The position numbers and the translations under genes are program-made. From NCBI GenBank assembly GCA_963677595.1, contig OY782041.1, positions 2,080,001-2,144,000 of the forward strand: a stretch of 64,000 nucleotides of DNA. Direction: 5' to 3'. The notes under the pieces were generated by a model. It was not told where the DNA came from and searched no databases. It saw only the letters and a list, made by a program, of their open reading frames with translations. Of this stretch, positions 18,317 to 27,772 are shown one piece after another. Each line of letters opens with the position of its first letter. Position 1 is the stretch's first letter. The DNA comes from Spirochaetia bacterium. Its GTDB lineage: Bacteria > Spirochaetota > Spirochaetia > CAKZLE01.

Positions 18317-19675
18317 CTAGACGTATCCCTGGTCGAGCATGGCATTGGCGACCCGCATGAACCCCGCTATGTTGGCGCCGTCGACATAATTGCCTTTGGT
18401 GCTGTACTGGTCGGAGTACTCGATACACATGGTGTGAATCCGTTTCATGATGTTCTGCAGCTCTGCATCTACCCGTTCGCGTGTCCATACCATCCGGGAA
18501 CTGTTCTGGGCCATCTCAAGACCTGATACGGCGACACCGCCCGCATTGGTTGCCTTGGCCGGTCCATAGAGGATGTTGTTGTCGATGAAGAGCTTCACCC
18601 CTTCTTCGCAGGTGGGCATGTTCGCCCCTTCAGCGATCACGGTCACACCGTTATTCAGGAGGTTCTGGGCGTCCTGCTCATTGATCTCGTTCTGTGTAGC
18701 ACAGGGGAAGGCACAGTCTGCCTTGATGTCCCACAGGGGATTGTGAGTTCTTCCGTCCCTGACCGGTGTGTAATGTGCGTGCGGATATTCCTCTTCGTAT
18801 TCCGCGATCCTGCCCCGCTTCACGTTCTTGAGCATCATGATGTACTCGAGCTTCTCGGTATCGATGCCCTCCTCATCATAGATGAACCCTGATGAGTCAG
18901 AGACCGTGACGACCTTGGCGCCGAGCTCGATGAGCTTCTCGATCGTGAACTGTGCGACATTTCCGGAGCCGGAGACAAGGCAGGTCTTGCCCTCTAGGGT
19001 CTCTCCCCTGGTCTCCATCATGTTCTGGGTGAAGTAGATCAACCCGTAACCTGTCGCTTCCGGGCGGATCAGGGAGCCTCCCCATTCACGTCCCTTGCCG
19101 GTGAGGATCCCGGTGAACTGGTTCTTGATCCGCTTGTACTGGCCGAACATGAAGCCTATCTCTCGTGCCCCGACCCCGATATCACCGGCGGGGACGTCAG
19201 TGTTCTCACCGATGTGCCGGTAGAGCTCGGTCATGAAGCTCTGGCAGAAGCGCATGACTTCCAGGTCACTCTTCCCCTTGGGATTGAAGTCAGACCCGCC
19301 TTTTCCTCCGCCGAGGCTCAGGCCGGTGAGGCTGTTCTTGAAGACCTGCTCGAAGGCGAGGAACTTCATGATGCTCTGGTTGACCGAGGCATGGAGCCTC
19401 AGCCCTCCCTTGTAGGGACCGAGGGCGCTGTTCATCTCCACACGGAAGCCCCTGTTTACCTGGAGCTCCTCGTTGTCGTCGACCCAGGGTACCCTGAAGG
19501 AGACGATCCGCTCCGGTTCGATCATGCGCTCGAGTACCCGGTGATACCTGATCGCCGGGAATGCGTCGATAACTTTTTCAAGTGAGTACAGTACCTCATG
19601 TACTGCCTGGTGGAACTCCCGTTCGTTGGGGTCCCGCTGTTCCATCGTAGTTATGATGGGTGAGATAATTGACAT
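18317..19675 (-). CDS. gdhA: Glutamate dehydrogenase (GdhA family)
   Basis: GPYKGGLR, GGGKGGSDF, DVPAGDIGVG, RPEATGYG, GSGNVAQ, NAGGVAVSGLEM. Confidence 0.95.
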   Translation of the reverse strand: MSIISPIITTMEQRDPNEREFHQAVHEVLYSLEKVIDAFPAIRYHRVLERMIEPERIVSFRVPWVDDNEELQVNRGFRVEMNSALGPYKGGLRLHASVNQSIMKFLAFEQVFKNSLTGLSLGGGKGGSDFNPKGKSDLEVMRFCQSFMTELYRHIGENTDVPAGDIGVGAREIGFMFGQYKRIKNQFTGILTGKGREWGGSLIRPEATGYGLIYFTQNMMETRGETLEGKTCLVSGSGNVAQFTIEKLIELGAKVVTVSDSSGFIYDEEGIDTEKLEYIMMLKNVKRGRIAEYEEEYPHAHYTPVRDGRTHNPLWDIKADCAFPCATQNEINEQDAQNLLNNGVTVIAEGANMPTCEEGVKLFIDNNILYGPAKATNAGGVAVSGLEMAQNSSRMVWTRERVDAELQNIMKRIHTMCIEYSDQYSTKGNYVDGANIAGFMRVANAMLDQGYV

Positions 19676-19707
19676 ATACACTACTCCTTACTATGAAAGG
19701 TTTGGAC

Positions 19708-19736
19708 AGTATAGTCAGTGGGGAACCTTGAGTCAA
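19708..19736 (-). promoter_or_regulatory. sigma70-type promoter of gdhA
   Basis: On the minus strand: TTGACT, 17 bp, TATACT. Confidence 0.7.
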
Positions 19737-19956
19737 ATAATAATTATACATATATGTAAAAATATGTATAAATTATGCATAAACATACAGTAATAAAGAG
19801 TATTAAGCGGAGAAGCCGGTAAAATACATTATGATACAGTATGTAACATACCATAAGAGAGAAGCCGTGTCCCGGTAGTGCATGGGGACCATACACTGTT
19901 GGAGGTTTTGTCCTTTACTGATTTACAACGCTATCCCCGCTGAGTAGAATGGTGTC

Positions 19957-20607
19957 ATGAAACAGTACATCGTCATTGCGGGGAACATCGGGGCAGGGAA
20001 GTCGACTCTGGTGAAGCGCCTCTGTGAGCGGGTAGGGTGGAAGCCCTACTTCGAACCGGTTTCGGAGAACCCCTACCTCGAGGACTTCTATGCAGATATG
20101 AGAGGCTATGCCTTTCGCTCCCAGCTCTACTTCCTGACAGACAGGCTGCGAACCCATAAGGAGCTGCAGGACTTCCCCGGTCCCGTGGTGCAGGACCGGT
20201 CGGTATTCGAGGATGCCGAGGTCTTTGCCCGGAACCTCTATGAGCAGGGTGCCTTCAGTGAGCGGGACTACGCCACCTACCGGAAGGTCTATGACCTCTT
20301 CGTCTCCTTCCTCGAGCCGCCCTCCCTGGTGGTCTATCTTGCTTCATCCCTGTCGACACTGCGTGAGCGGATCGCCCTGCGCGGGCGTGATTTCGAGGCA
20401 GATATCACGGATGAGTACCTGCTGGGGCTCAACCGGCTCTATGACGAGTGGATAAGCTCCTACACCCTCGGTCCGGTCCTCACGATCGACACGGCCTCCG
20501 TCGATATCGTGAACCGGCCGGAGGATCTGGAGACGGTCGTGGACCTCATCCGGGAGGCGATGAAGGGGAAGCAGGAAGACTTCTTCGATGTCTTCGAGGG
20601 GGCTTAA
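19957..20607 (+). CDS. Deoxynucleoside kinase
   Basis: P-loop GNIGAGKST, EPV..NPYL, QDRSVFED, RIALRGR. Confidence 0.92.
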   Translation: MKQYIVIAGNIGAGKSTLVKRLCERVGWKPYFEPVSENPYLEDFYADMRGYAFRSQLYFLTDRLRTHKELQDFPGPVVQDRSVFEDAEVFARNLYEQGAFSERDYATYRKVYDLFVSFLEPPSLVVYLASSLSTLRERIALRGRDFEADITDEYLLGLNRLYDEWISSYTLGPVLTIDTASVDIVNRPEDLETVVDLIREAMKGKQEDFFDVFEGA

Positions 20608-21023
20608 GCCAGGCTCTCCTCGAAGGCCTTCCTCAGACGCTCCGGAACCGGGACAGGCTTGTTCTGCTTCACATCGAAAAAATAGCCCGTCTGGGTCCCG
20701 ATGCAGTGGATCTTCCCCTCGCTGGATATCTCGAACTTAGCCGTCCATTTCGCCCTGCCGAGGGAATGCATCCAGCCGATGCCGGTGATCCGGTCAGAGA
20801 GCCGGACGGGGTACTTGTACTCCACCTCGGTCTTCGCCAGGATGGGCGAGATATCGAGAGCCATCATCTGGTCATAGGGATAGGAACGTTCCAGGGCCTC
20901 GGTCCTCAGGTCCTCGAACCACCGGATGTAGACGATGTTGCTCACGATCCCCATCGCGTCGATATCATAGGCTTTCACGGTAATCGGCTGCTCAACCAGC
21001 AGCGCGCGTGGTTCATGTTCCAT
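20604..21023 (-). CDS. Acyl-CoA thioesterase (4HBT/YbgC hotdog family)
   Basis: DIDAMGIVSNIVYIRWFE motif. Confidence 0.88.
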   Translation of the reverse strand: MEHEPRALLVEQPITVKAYDIDAMGIVSNIVYIRWFEDLRTEALERSYPYDQMMALDISPILAKTEVEYKYPVRLSDRITGIGWMHSLGRAKWTAKFEISSEGKIHCIGTQTGYFFDVKQNKPVPVPERLRKAFEESLA

Positions 21024-21120
21024 AACAGTTCTCCTGAATTCAATCTCATTGTACGAAGTAATACTTTAACGAATGCTCGATGTCTGCTATCATCATTACC
21101 ATACCATATGAAGGGGCGGG

Positions 21121-21591
21121 GTGAATACAGTAATGGGAATCGAGGATGTACGGCAGGACTTCACTGCCCGTGGTATAGAACTAGAGATCATGGAGTTCGA
21201 CCAGAGCTCAGCGACCGTGGAACTGGCGGCTGAGGCCCTGGGTACGGAACCTGCGAGGATCGCCAAGACGATGGCGTTCTCCGTAGGGGGGAACCCGCTG
21301 CTGATCGTCCTCAAGGGCTCTGCGCGGGTCGACAACAGGAAGTACAAGGATCGGTTCGGGGCCAAGGCGAAGCTGCTTACCGCTGAGGAGGTCGCTGAGG
21401 TGACCGGCCATAGGATCGGGGGAGTCTGCCCGTTCGCTCTGAAGCAGGAGGTCCCGGTCTACCTTGATGAATCACTCAAGGAGTTCGAGGTCGTCTATCC
21501 GGCAGCGGGGAGTGCGAACTCGGCAGTACGGGTGCCTGTCCCCTATTTTCAGGAACTGGTGAGAGGAGAGTGGGTTGATGTCAGCAAGTGA
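21121..21591 (+). CDS. YbaK/EbsC aminoacyl-tRNA deacylase family
   Basis: TVELAAEALG..IAKT, TGHRIGGVCPF, YPAAGS. Confidence 0.9.
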   Translation: MNTVMGIEDVRQDFTARGIELEIMEFDQSSATVELAAEALGTEPARIAKTMAFSVGGNPLLIVLKGSARVDNRKYKDRFGAKAKLLTAEEVAEVTGHRIGGVCPFALKQEVPVYLDESLKEFEVVYPAAGSANSAVRVPVPYFQELVRGEWVDVSK

Positions 21592-22015
21592 CGGATACAA
21601 TGGAATCAAAGTACAGATAAGCAAGTGGGTTCATGCACACTACTGGGAGCATGACGATAACTGCGCGACCACGATGATCAGCTGCCTCTCGAAACTCTTC
21701 AATATAGAGATCAATGAGCAGGTATGGGCAGCAGCCCTCGGGATGCACGGGGCCGGCGGCTACCGCGGCCAGTGCGGCCTGGTTGAAGGGGGACTCCTCT
21801 TCATCGGGATCTACGGGATCGGTAAGAAGATGACCCGGGAGAGGATCGTATTCCTCTGCAGGAACTATGCAAAGGCTTTCGAGGCGAACTACTCGTCGAT
21901 CTCCTGCTATGACCTGCGGCCTGAAGGGTTCAAGGCGGATGACCCGCCCCATCCCTGCGAGGGGATGACCACCGATTCGGTCTGGTTCTCCTACCAGTGG
22001 ATCCTGAACCTGTAA
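21575..22015 (+). CDS. C_GCAxxG_C_C family putative redox protein
   Basis: NCA...GQCGLVEGG...SCYDL...PC cysteine pattern. Confidence 0.8.
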   Translation: MMSASDGYNGIKVQISKWVHAHYWEHDDNCATTMISCLSKLFNIEINEQVWAAALGMHGAGGYRGQCGLVEGGLLFIGIYGIGKKMTRERIVFLCRNYAKAFEANYSSISCYDLRPEGFKADDPPHPCEGMTTDSVWFSYQWILNL

Positions 22016-22038
22016 GTCACAACCAAGGAGCGATACTT

Positions 22039-22701
22039 ATGAGCAATCCCGGAGTGAAGGAGTCCTTCAAACAGAAGGTCGTGGACGGCGGCAGGGCGAT
22101 GGTGGACCAGGGGCTCACCGTCGGGACCTGGGGGAACCTCAGCGTGAGGGACCCGGAGACCGGCCTCATCTACGTGAAGCCTTCAGCCATGAAGTACTAC
22201 GATATCGTCGCCGATGACGTGGTCGTATTCGACAAAGACCTGAACATCGTCGACGGGCATCGGAAACCGACCATAGAGTACAACTTCCATATCGGGATCA
22301 TGAATGCACGACCCGAGATCAACTACATCATCCATACTCATCCTGTCCATTCAGCCGTATTCGGCGTGATCGGGGAGGACCTTCCCGGTATCTGTGAGGA
22401 CTTCGTCCAGCTCGTCGGGGACCGGATCGTCAACTGCCGGTATGCGCTTCCCGGAACGAAGGAGCTGGCAGCCAACGTGGTAGAGAGCCTCGGCGACAAG
22501 CGGGCAGTGATGATCCCCAACCACGGGACCGTCTGCTGCGGTGAGGACTTCGATACGGCGATGAAGGTCTGCTTCGTCGTGGAGAAATCTGCCCAGGTCT
22601 ATATCCTGGCACGGAGCATCGGCACCCCGAAGCTGATCTCAGCCGAGGATGTCGCAGCCATGCAGGATTTCGCGAAGCACCATTACGGCCAGGATAAATA
22701 G
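22039..22701 (+). CDS. Class II aldolase/adducin family (FucA-like)
   Basis: GTWGNLS, PTIEYNFH, HTHP and PNHG Zn ligands. Confidence 0.88.
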   Translation: MSNPGVKESFKQKVVDGGRAMVDQGLTVGTWGNLSVRDPETGLIYVKPSAMKYYDIVADDVVVFDKDLNIVDGHRKPTIEYNFHIGIMNARPEINYIIHTHPVHSAVFGVIGEDLPGICEDFVQLVGDRIVNCRYALPGTKELAANVVESLGDKRAVMIPNHGTVCCGEDFDTAMKVCFVVEKSAQVYILARSIGTPKLISAEDVAAMQDFAKHHYGQDK

Positions 22702-22715
22702 CCCGGACGCGAAGA

Positions 22716-22737
22716 AAGGCGGGCTTTCGCCCGCCTT
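22716..22737. terminator. Hairpin between convergent genes
   Basis: AAGGCGGGC-TTTC-GCCCGCCTT. Confidence 0.65.
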
Positions 22738-22777
22738 CATCATCAATGATTCCCGCTATCTTTTCTCTCTTCAACCC

Positions 22778-23524
22778 TTATCGTGCGTAGTCAGATGCTG
22801 CAAAGAACTCGGAGTAGGTCTCTACGAGGGTGAAGTTGGTCACCGTCTCGGTCTTGTCCCGCTCAGTGAAGACCTGTGATCCGGTAGTCACCGTCTGTAC
22901 CGGCATCCAGCTCTCCCCATTGTAGTCATAGGTGATCACCTGCGCGATCTCGAGGTTCCCGCTCGTATTGTCATAGATGCTGTATTCCACCTCGGCCTTC
23001 ACGGCATAGCCCTCGTTCTCACTGATCCAAACCGTCCCCTCGACATCCACATCAGTCCCGTTGCTGATCGCTGAGTCGTAGGCGATCTGGTTCTCGTCGA
23101 TCGTGTACTCGAAGGAGTACTCGGCAGCCGACACGCCGTCGATCACCGCTGTCTCCCCGGTAGCCTCATACTCGAGGTCTGCAGCCGCATCGGCGAAGGG
23201 GCTGAAGGCCAGCCCGTCGGTGAAGCTCCCGATCACGGCGAATACATCATCTTCCCCGTACTCGGCTCGGGTGAGCTCATCGTTGCGGTTCTCATCATGG
23301 ATGATCAGTGCCTGCTCGGTGAGCACCGGCTGCCCATCGGCAGTGGTCTCGGTGTAGTTGACTGAGGTGTAGGCCGGCACGAGAGAGGCGCTGTCCGAGG
23401 CGATCGAGTCTGCAGTAGACCACAGGTTCCCGGCGAATGCCCCTGCCATCGAGGCGACGAGTAATACGGCTGCGATGAGCCCTGCTTTCGGTAATCTTCT
23501 TCCATGGTTTCTCTTGTTCATCAT
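22778..23524 (-). CDS. Secreted acidic hypothetical protein (beta-rich, LolA-like appearance)
   Basis: Sec signal ending AGAFA; GTVWISENEGYAVK resembles LolA/DUF-type folds; RBS AGGAG. Confidence 0.65.
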   Translation of the reverse strand: MMNKRNHGRRLPKAGLIAAVLLVASMAGAFAGNLWSTADSIASDSASLVPAYTSVNYTETTADGQPVLTEQALIIHDENRNDELTRAEYGEDDVFAVIGSFTDGLAFSPFADAAADLEYEATGETAVIDGVSAAEYSFEYTIDENQIAYDSAISNGTDVDVEGTVWISENEGYAVKAEVEYSIYDNTSGNLEIAQVITYDYNGESWMPVQTVTTGSQVFTERDKTETVTNFTLVETYSEFFAASDYAR

Positions 23525-23703
23525 TCTTATCTCCTGAGCTAATCTCACGATTAGCTTTGGCAGTTTTTGACCAGTTCACATAGTTGTTACTTCATGCGAT
23601 CAAAAACTGCTCCATGCGTGCTGAGGATCCTGTTCTGGTATCCCGCACATCCAGTTGGCTTCTCTGTTCTGTCGTACTGACTGATTAGAATATAGGGGAC
23701 CCG

Positions 23704-23763
23704 TATGGAGGCTGTATGGACTGTCTATGGAGTTTATGTGAAGTTTTGTCAGGTGGCTGTGGA
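23704..23763. repeat. Six roughly 11-bp-spaced hexamers (probable OmpR-family regulator sites)
   Basis: TATGGA at 23704, 23715 and 23726; TGTGAA 23737; TGTCAG 23747; TGTGGA 23758. Confidence 0.6.
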
Positions 23764-23855
23764 GGTATGATTTCTTGATAGTAGTACTGGAATATGGTGC
23801 TATCGTGTAATACGAAAGCAAACTAGAGACCAGGTGAGAAAGAAGGGGAAGGAAG

Positions 23856-24197
23856 ATGTTGGCGTATAAAGGGTATACCGGACAGGTTGCATATGATGAT
23901 GCGGCCCGGCTGTTTCACGGGGAGGTGCTGCACACCAGGGATGTGATCACGTTCTCAGGAACGACCGTAGATGAGATCGAGCAGGCATTCCGGGATTCCA
24001 TCGATGAGTATCTCGCCTGGTGTGCGGAGGAGGGGGTGCCTGCCGAGAAGCCCTACTCAGGGAAATTCAATCTCCGGATCTCCCCGGACCTGCACAAGGA
24101 GCTCGTAAGGCATGCCAGGCGGGAGGGGAAATCATTGAACAGCTTCGTTGAGGAGGTGCTCCAAGAGCGGGTGACCTACCTGGGATCGAGAAGATGA
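23856..24197 (+). CDS. hicB: HicB family antitoxin (no adjacent hicA)
   Basis: YKGYTG...FHGEVL...SIDEYL...KPYSGKFNLRISPDLH..A...GKSLN (RNase H-like + RHH). Confidence 0.9.
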   Translation: MLAYKGYTGQVAYDDAARLFHGEVLHTRDVITFSGTTVDEIEQAFRDSIDEYLAWCAEEGVPAEKPYSGKFNLRISPDLHKELVRHARREGKSLNSFVEEVLQERVTYLGSRR

Positions 24198-24222
24198 ATC
24201 TTCGTTCCCAGGCAGATGAGTC

Positions 24223-24450
24223 CTACAACATCTGTGCGATGGTGTCTGCGCCGAGGACCTGACCGGTACTGACGACCTTCTCGTCGATGACCAGGGCAGG
24301 GGTGGACATAACCTTGTAGGCCATGATCTGCGCCATGTCGGTGACCTTCGAGACATCGGCAGACTTCCCGGTCTGCTCGAGTGCTTCGAGGGTGTTGCTG
24401 TAGAGCTTCTGGCATTTGGGGCATCCGCCCCCAAGGATCTTTATTTCCAT
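24223..24450 (-). CDS. Small thioredoxin-like redox-active disulfide protein
   Basis: IKILGGGCPKC, VMSTPALVID. Confidence 0.9.
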   Translation of the reverse strand: MEIKILGGGCPKCQKLYSNTLEALEQTGKSADVSKVTDMAQIMAYKVMSTPALVIDEKVVSTGQVLGADTIAQML

Positions 24451-24466
24451 ATGGTTACCTCATTCT

Positions 24467-25450
24467 TTAGAATACGATATTGAATATCCAGCCGGCACAG
24501 GTGAAGAAGACGAGCAGCATGAAGAAGAAGATCAGCAGCAGCTTCGGTTTCATGACCTGTTTGAGCAGGACGAATTCCGGGAAACTCGCCGCCACGGTGC
24601 TCATCATGAGGGCGAGGGTAGTCCCTACAGGGAGTCCCTTGAGCAGCAGCGACTCGGCGACCGGGATCATCCCCGTCGCGTTGGAGTAGAGCGGGATCCC
24701 GACGAGGACCGCCGCGGGGACCGACCACCACTGGCCGCTCCCAAGATTGTCGGTGATGAAGGACTCAGGTACGAACCCGTGGAGGGCGGCCCCGAGGCCG
24801 ACCCCGATCAGCACCCACTTCCAGACCCTGCCGAAGATGGTCTTCACCTCCTGCAGCGCGAAGCTGTGGCGGTCCTTCAGGGTCAGGCGGACCTTCTCGG
24901 TGTTGAAGTCCCCATCGCTCATGCCTGCTGCCATGGCAGTCGCCTGGTTCCCGAGGTCGGTGAGGTGCTTCTCAGCGCCGATGGCATCTAGGAAGATACC
25001 GCCGATGATCCCGGCAGCCATGCCCGTCAGGACATAGATGACCGTGAACTTCACCCCGAGCAGGCCCCCGAGCAGGGCGATCGCGACCTCGTTGATCATC
25101 GGAGAGGTGATCAGGAAGGACATCGTGATCCCCAAGGGGATCCGTGCCGAGGTGAACCCGAGGAAGAGCGGGATACTCGAGCAGGAGCAGAACGGGGTCA
25201 CCACCCCGAAGAGGGATGCGATGAGATACCCGAACCCCCGGGATTTCCCCTGGAGGAAGGAACGTACCTTCTCCGTATCGAGACCGGCCCGCAGGATTGC
25301 GATGAGGTAGATCATGACGACTACCAGCACGTAGATCTTAGATACGTCCTCGATGAAGAAGTGGACTGAGTGCCCCAGTGAGGATTCCGGGGCAAGCCCG
25401 ATCACCCGGTATGTCAGCCAGTCTGCAAGGTCGGTGAATATCTTGAGCAT
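24467..25450 (-). CDS. ArsP/DUF318 family permease
   Basis: TPFCSCSSIP, SPMINE, GIPLYSN motifs; ars context. Confidence 0.88.
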   Translation of the reverse strand: MLKIFTDLADWLTYRVIGLAPESSLGHSVHFFIEDVSKIYVLVVVMIYLIAILRAGLDTEKVRSFLQGKSRGFGYLIASLFGVVTPFCSCSSIPLFLGFTSARIPLGITMSFLITSPMINEVAIALLGGLLGVKFTVIYVLTGMAAGIIGGIFLDAIGAEKHLTDLGNQATAMAAGMSDGDFNTEKVRLTLKDRHSFALQEVKTIFGRVWKWVLIGVGLGAALHGFVPESFITDNLGSGQWWSVPAAVLVGIPLYSNATGMIPVAESLLLKGLPVGTTLALMMSTVAASFPEFVLLKQVMKPKLLLIFFFMLLVFFTCAGWIFNIVF

Positions 25451-25454
25451 GATG

Positions 25455-25883
25455 CTATGCCCGTTCTTCCAGGGATTCGGGGATGGTCATGATGAAGTCC
25501 CTGATCTGGTCACGAACTTCCCGGTAGCAGTTTAGTTTGTTCTCCTCACCCTCGACGGCTTCTGCCATCTTCGGCGGGTCCTGGAACCCGACATGGACCA
25601 CCTTGCTCTTCCCGAGGTAGACCGGGCAGTTCTCATGGGCATGACCGCATACGGTAACGACATAGTCGAAGACCACATCCTTATATACAGTAGCATTCTC
25701 CGACTTGTGGTTCGATATATCGACACCGGCCTCAGCCATGACCTTCACGGCGTTCGGGTTGAGCCCATGGGTCTCGATGCCTGCGGAATAGGCCTCGAGG
25801 ATGTCCCCCTTGAGGGCCCTCGCCCAGCCTTCAGCCATCTGGGACCTGCAGGAATTACCGGTGCAGAGAAAGAGAATCTTCAT
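25455..25883 (-). CDS. arsC: Arsenate reductase (LMW-PTP type)
   Basis: CTGNSCRSQMAE, VTVC...CP and DP motifs. Confidence 0.9.
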   Translation of the reverse strand: MKILFLCTGNSCRSQMAEGWARALKGDILEAYSAGIETHGLNPNAVKVMAEAGVDISNHKSENATVYKDVVFDYVVTVCGHAHENCPVYLGKSKVVHVGFQDPPKMAEAVEGEENKLNCYREVRDQIRDFIMTIPESLEERA

Positions 25884-25897
25884 GATCAATACTCCTC

Positions 25898-25923
25898 TAT
25901 ATTTCTATATATAGCGAAATATA
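25898..25923. promoter_or_regulatory. Putative ArsR operator
   Basis: TATATTTC-N10-GAAATATA inverted repeat between divergent arsC and arsR. Confidence 0.6.
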
Positions 25924-25998
25924 ATATTTAACTCTTGCTTTGTCAACTCCAAATGACTATAGTATATGAGTAGACCATGAGAATTGAGGTAATAAACC

Positions 25999-26346
25999 AT
26001 GAAAGAGACGACACAGATGATGAAGGCCTTAGGGGATGAGAACCGGTTCAGGATCTTCATGCTCGTAGGGGAGAAGCCCATGTGCGTCTGTGAGCTGCTC
26101 GAGATCCTCGATATAGCGGGGTCGACCCTCTCGGCACACCTGAAGGTGCTCAAGAATGCCGGACTCGTGGACCAGAAGAAGGACGGCAGGTGGATCGAAT
26201 ACTTCCTCAACAGCGCCGATGAGCGGGTAGCCAGGCTCTATGAATTCCTAAACACAGATCTGATCACCGATACCGTCCTGCTCGATGCAGACCGTAAGAA
26301 AGCCGCAGGCACCACCCGGGATGCCTGCTGTTCCGTCAAGCTCTGA
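25999..26346 (+). CDS. arsR: ArsR/SmtB family repressor
   Basis: KALGDENRFRI, CVCEL, SAHLKVLKNAGLV; C-terminal CC. Confidence 0.9.
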   Translation: MKETTQMMKALGDENRFRIFMLVGEKPMCVCELLEILDIAGSTLSAHLKVLKNAGLVDQKKDGRWIEYFLNSADERVARLYEFLNTDLITDTVLLDADRKKAAGTTRDACCSVKL

Positions 26347-26362
26347 TTCCTCCCATACATAC

Positions 26363-27772
26363 TCATCTTGGCAGCAGGTCGGTGATCGACCCATCGACGA
26401 TCTCACTGCCCAGGGCGAAGGTCTCGCTCAGGGTGGGGTGGGGGTGGATCGTCTGTGCGATGTCCTCGGCTGCCGCACCCATCTCGATGGCAAGTGCCGC
26501 CTCGGCGATGAGTTCGCCGGCATGGAGGCCGGTGATGCCGGCCCCGATGAGCCTGCCGGTCTCGGTACTGAAGAGGAGCTTGCTTACCCCTGCAGGTGCC
26601 TGTTCGCTCAGTGCCCGGCCGCTTGCCTGCCAGGGGAAGGATCCCTTCTCGTAGGCGATACCCCCCTCTTTCAGCTCGTTCTCCGTCATGCCGACCCAGG
26701 CGATCTCCGGTGAGGTATAGGCGACCGAGGGGATAGCCAGCGGGGTAAAAGCGCTCTTCCTGCCGCTGGCAGCCTCGGCTGCACATTTGCCCTGGTGGAC
26801 CGCCTTGTGGGCGAGCATCGGGTTCCCCGTGACATCCCCGATGGCGTAGATATGGTCGACCGTGCTCCTCATCGCCGTATCAGTCGGGATGATCCCTCCG
26901 GGTGATAGGGTAATGCCGGTATGTTCGATCCCGATCGAATCGGTGTTCGGCTTCCTCCCGACTGCCACCAGGACCGCATCAGCCTCCACCGAGGCGGGGG
27001 CCTTCTTCCCCTCCAGCTGTACGGTCAGGGCCTTCTCCCCCGCCTCGATGCCTGTCAGCTTCGTGGAGGTGTAGATCGCCGCATACTTCTTCCGTGCCGC
27101 AGAGAGAAGCGGCTGCTTGAGGTCCCGGTCAGCCGGGGGGATGAGCTCTTTCATCATCTCGACGATGATGATCTCTGAGCCGAGGCCGTGATAGATCTCC
27201 GCGGCCTCCATGCCGATGATCCCGCCCCCGATGATCACGAGGTGTTTCGGGATCTCCTTCAGCGCGAGCGCGTCGGTGGAGTCCCAGATGCGCGGGTCTT
27301 CTGCCCGTATGCCGGGTATCTGCACCGGCCGTGAACCGGTCGCGATGATGATATCATCGAACTCGATCTCCAGTTCTTTGTTCCCGGTCTTCACCAGCAG
27401 TGACCGTTCGGAGAGGAATGATCCGTATCCCTCGAGCCGCTCCACCGAGCGTGCTTTACACAGGTCATCGAGACCCGAGGTGAGGGTGTCGATGATCCCC
27501 TCCTTGTGGGCCTTTAGCTGCTGCAGGTCGACTGAGACATTCCCGAAGGTGACGCCGGCAGCCCTGAGCCGCTCGGTCTCCTCGAGGACCCCGGTCACAT
27601 GGAGCAGCGTCTTCGAGGGGATGCACCCGACATTGAGGCATACCCCGCCGAGAACCGCATCCTTCTCGACCAGGGTTACGCTCCTTCCCAGGTCAGCAGC
27701 CCGGAAGGCTGCGCTGTAGCCGCCGGGGCCCCCGCCGAGGACGACCAGGTCCCGTTCCAGCTTCTCTCTCAT
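26363..27772 (-). CDS. lpdA: Dihydrolipoyl dehydrogenase (E3)
   Basis: GGGPGGY, GGVCLNVGCIPSK, HPHPTLSE. Confidence 0.95.
   Translation of the reverse strand: MREKLERDLVVLGGGPGGYSAAFRAADLGRSVTLVEKDAVLGGVCLNVGCIPSKTLLHVTGVLEETERLRAAGVTFGNVSVDLQQLKAHKEGIIDTLTSGLDDLCKARSVERLEGYGSFLSERSLLVKTGNKELEIEFDDIIIATGSRPVQIPGIRAEDPRIWDSTDALALKEIPKHLVIIGGGIIGMEAAEIYHGLGSEIIIVEMMKELIPPADRDLKQPLLSAARKKYAAIYTSTKLTGIEAGEKALTVQLEGKKAPASVEADAVLVAVGRKPNTDSIGIEHTGITLSPGGIIPTDTAMRSTVDHIYAIGDVTGNPMLAHKAVHQGKCAAEAASGRKSAFTPLAIPSVAYTSPEIAWVGMTENELKEGGIAYEKGSFPWQASGRALSEQAPAGVSKLLFSTETGRLIGAGITGLHAGELIAEAALAIEMGAAAEDIAQTIHPHPTLSETFALGSEIVDGSITDLLPR

Noticed and set aside
23704-23763. Short repeat array considered as CRISPR or iterons
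   Set aside because: Units are 6 bp with about 5-bp gaps; no cas or rep genes.
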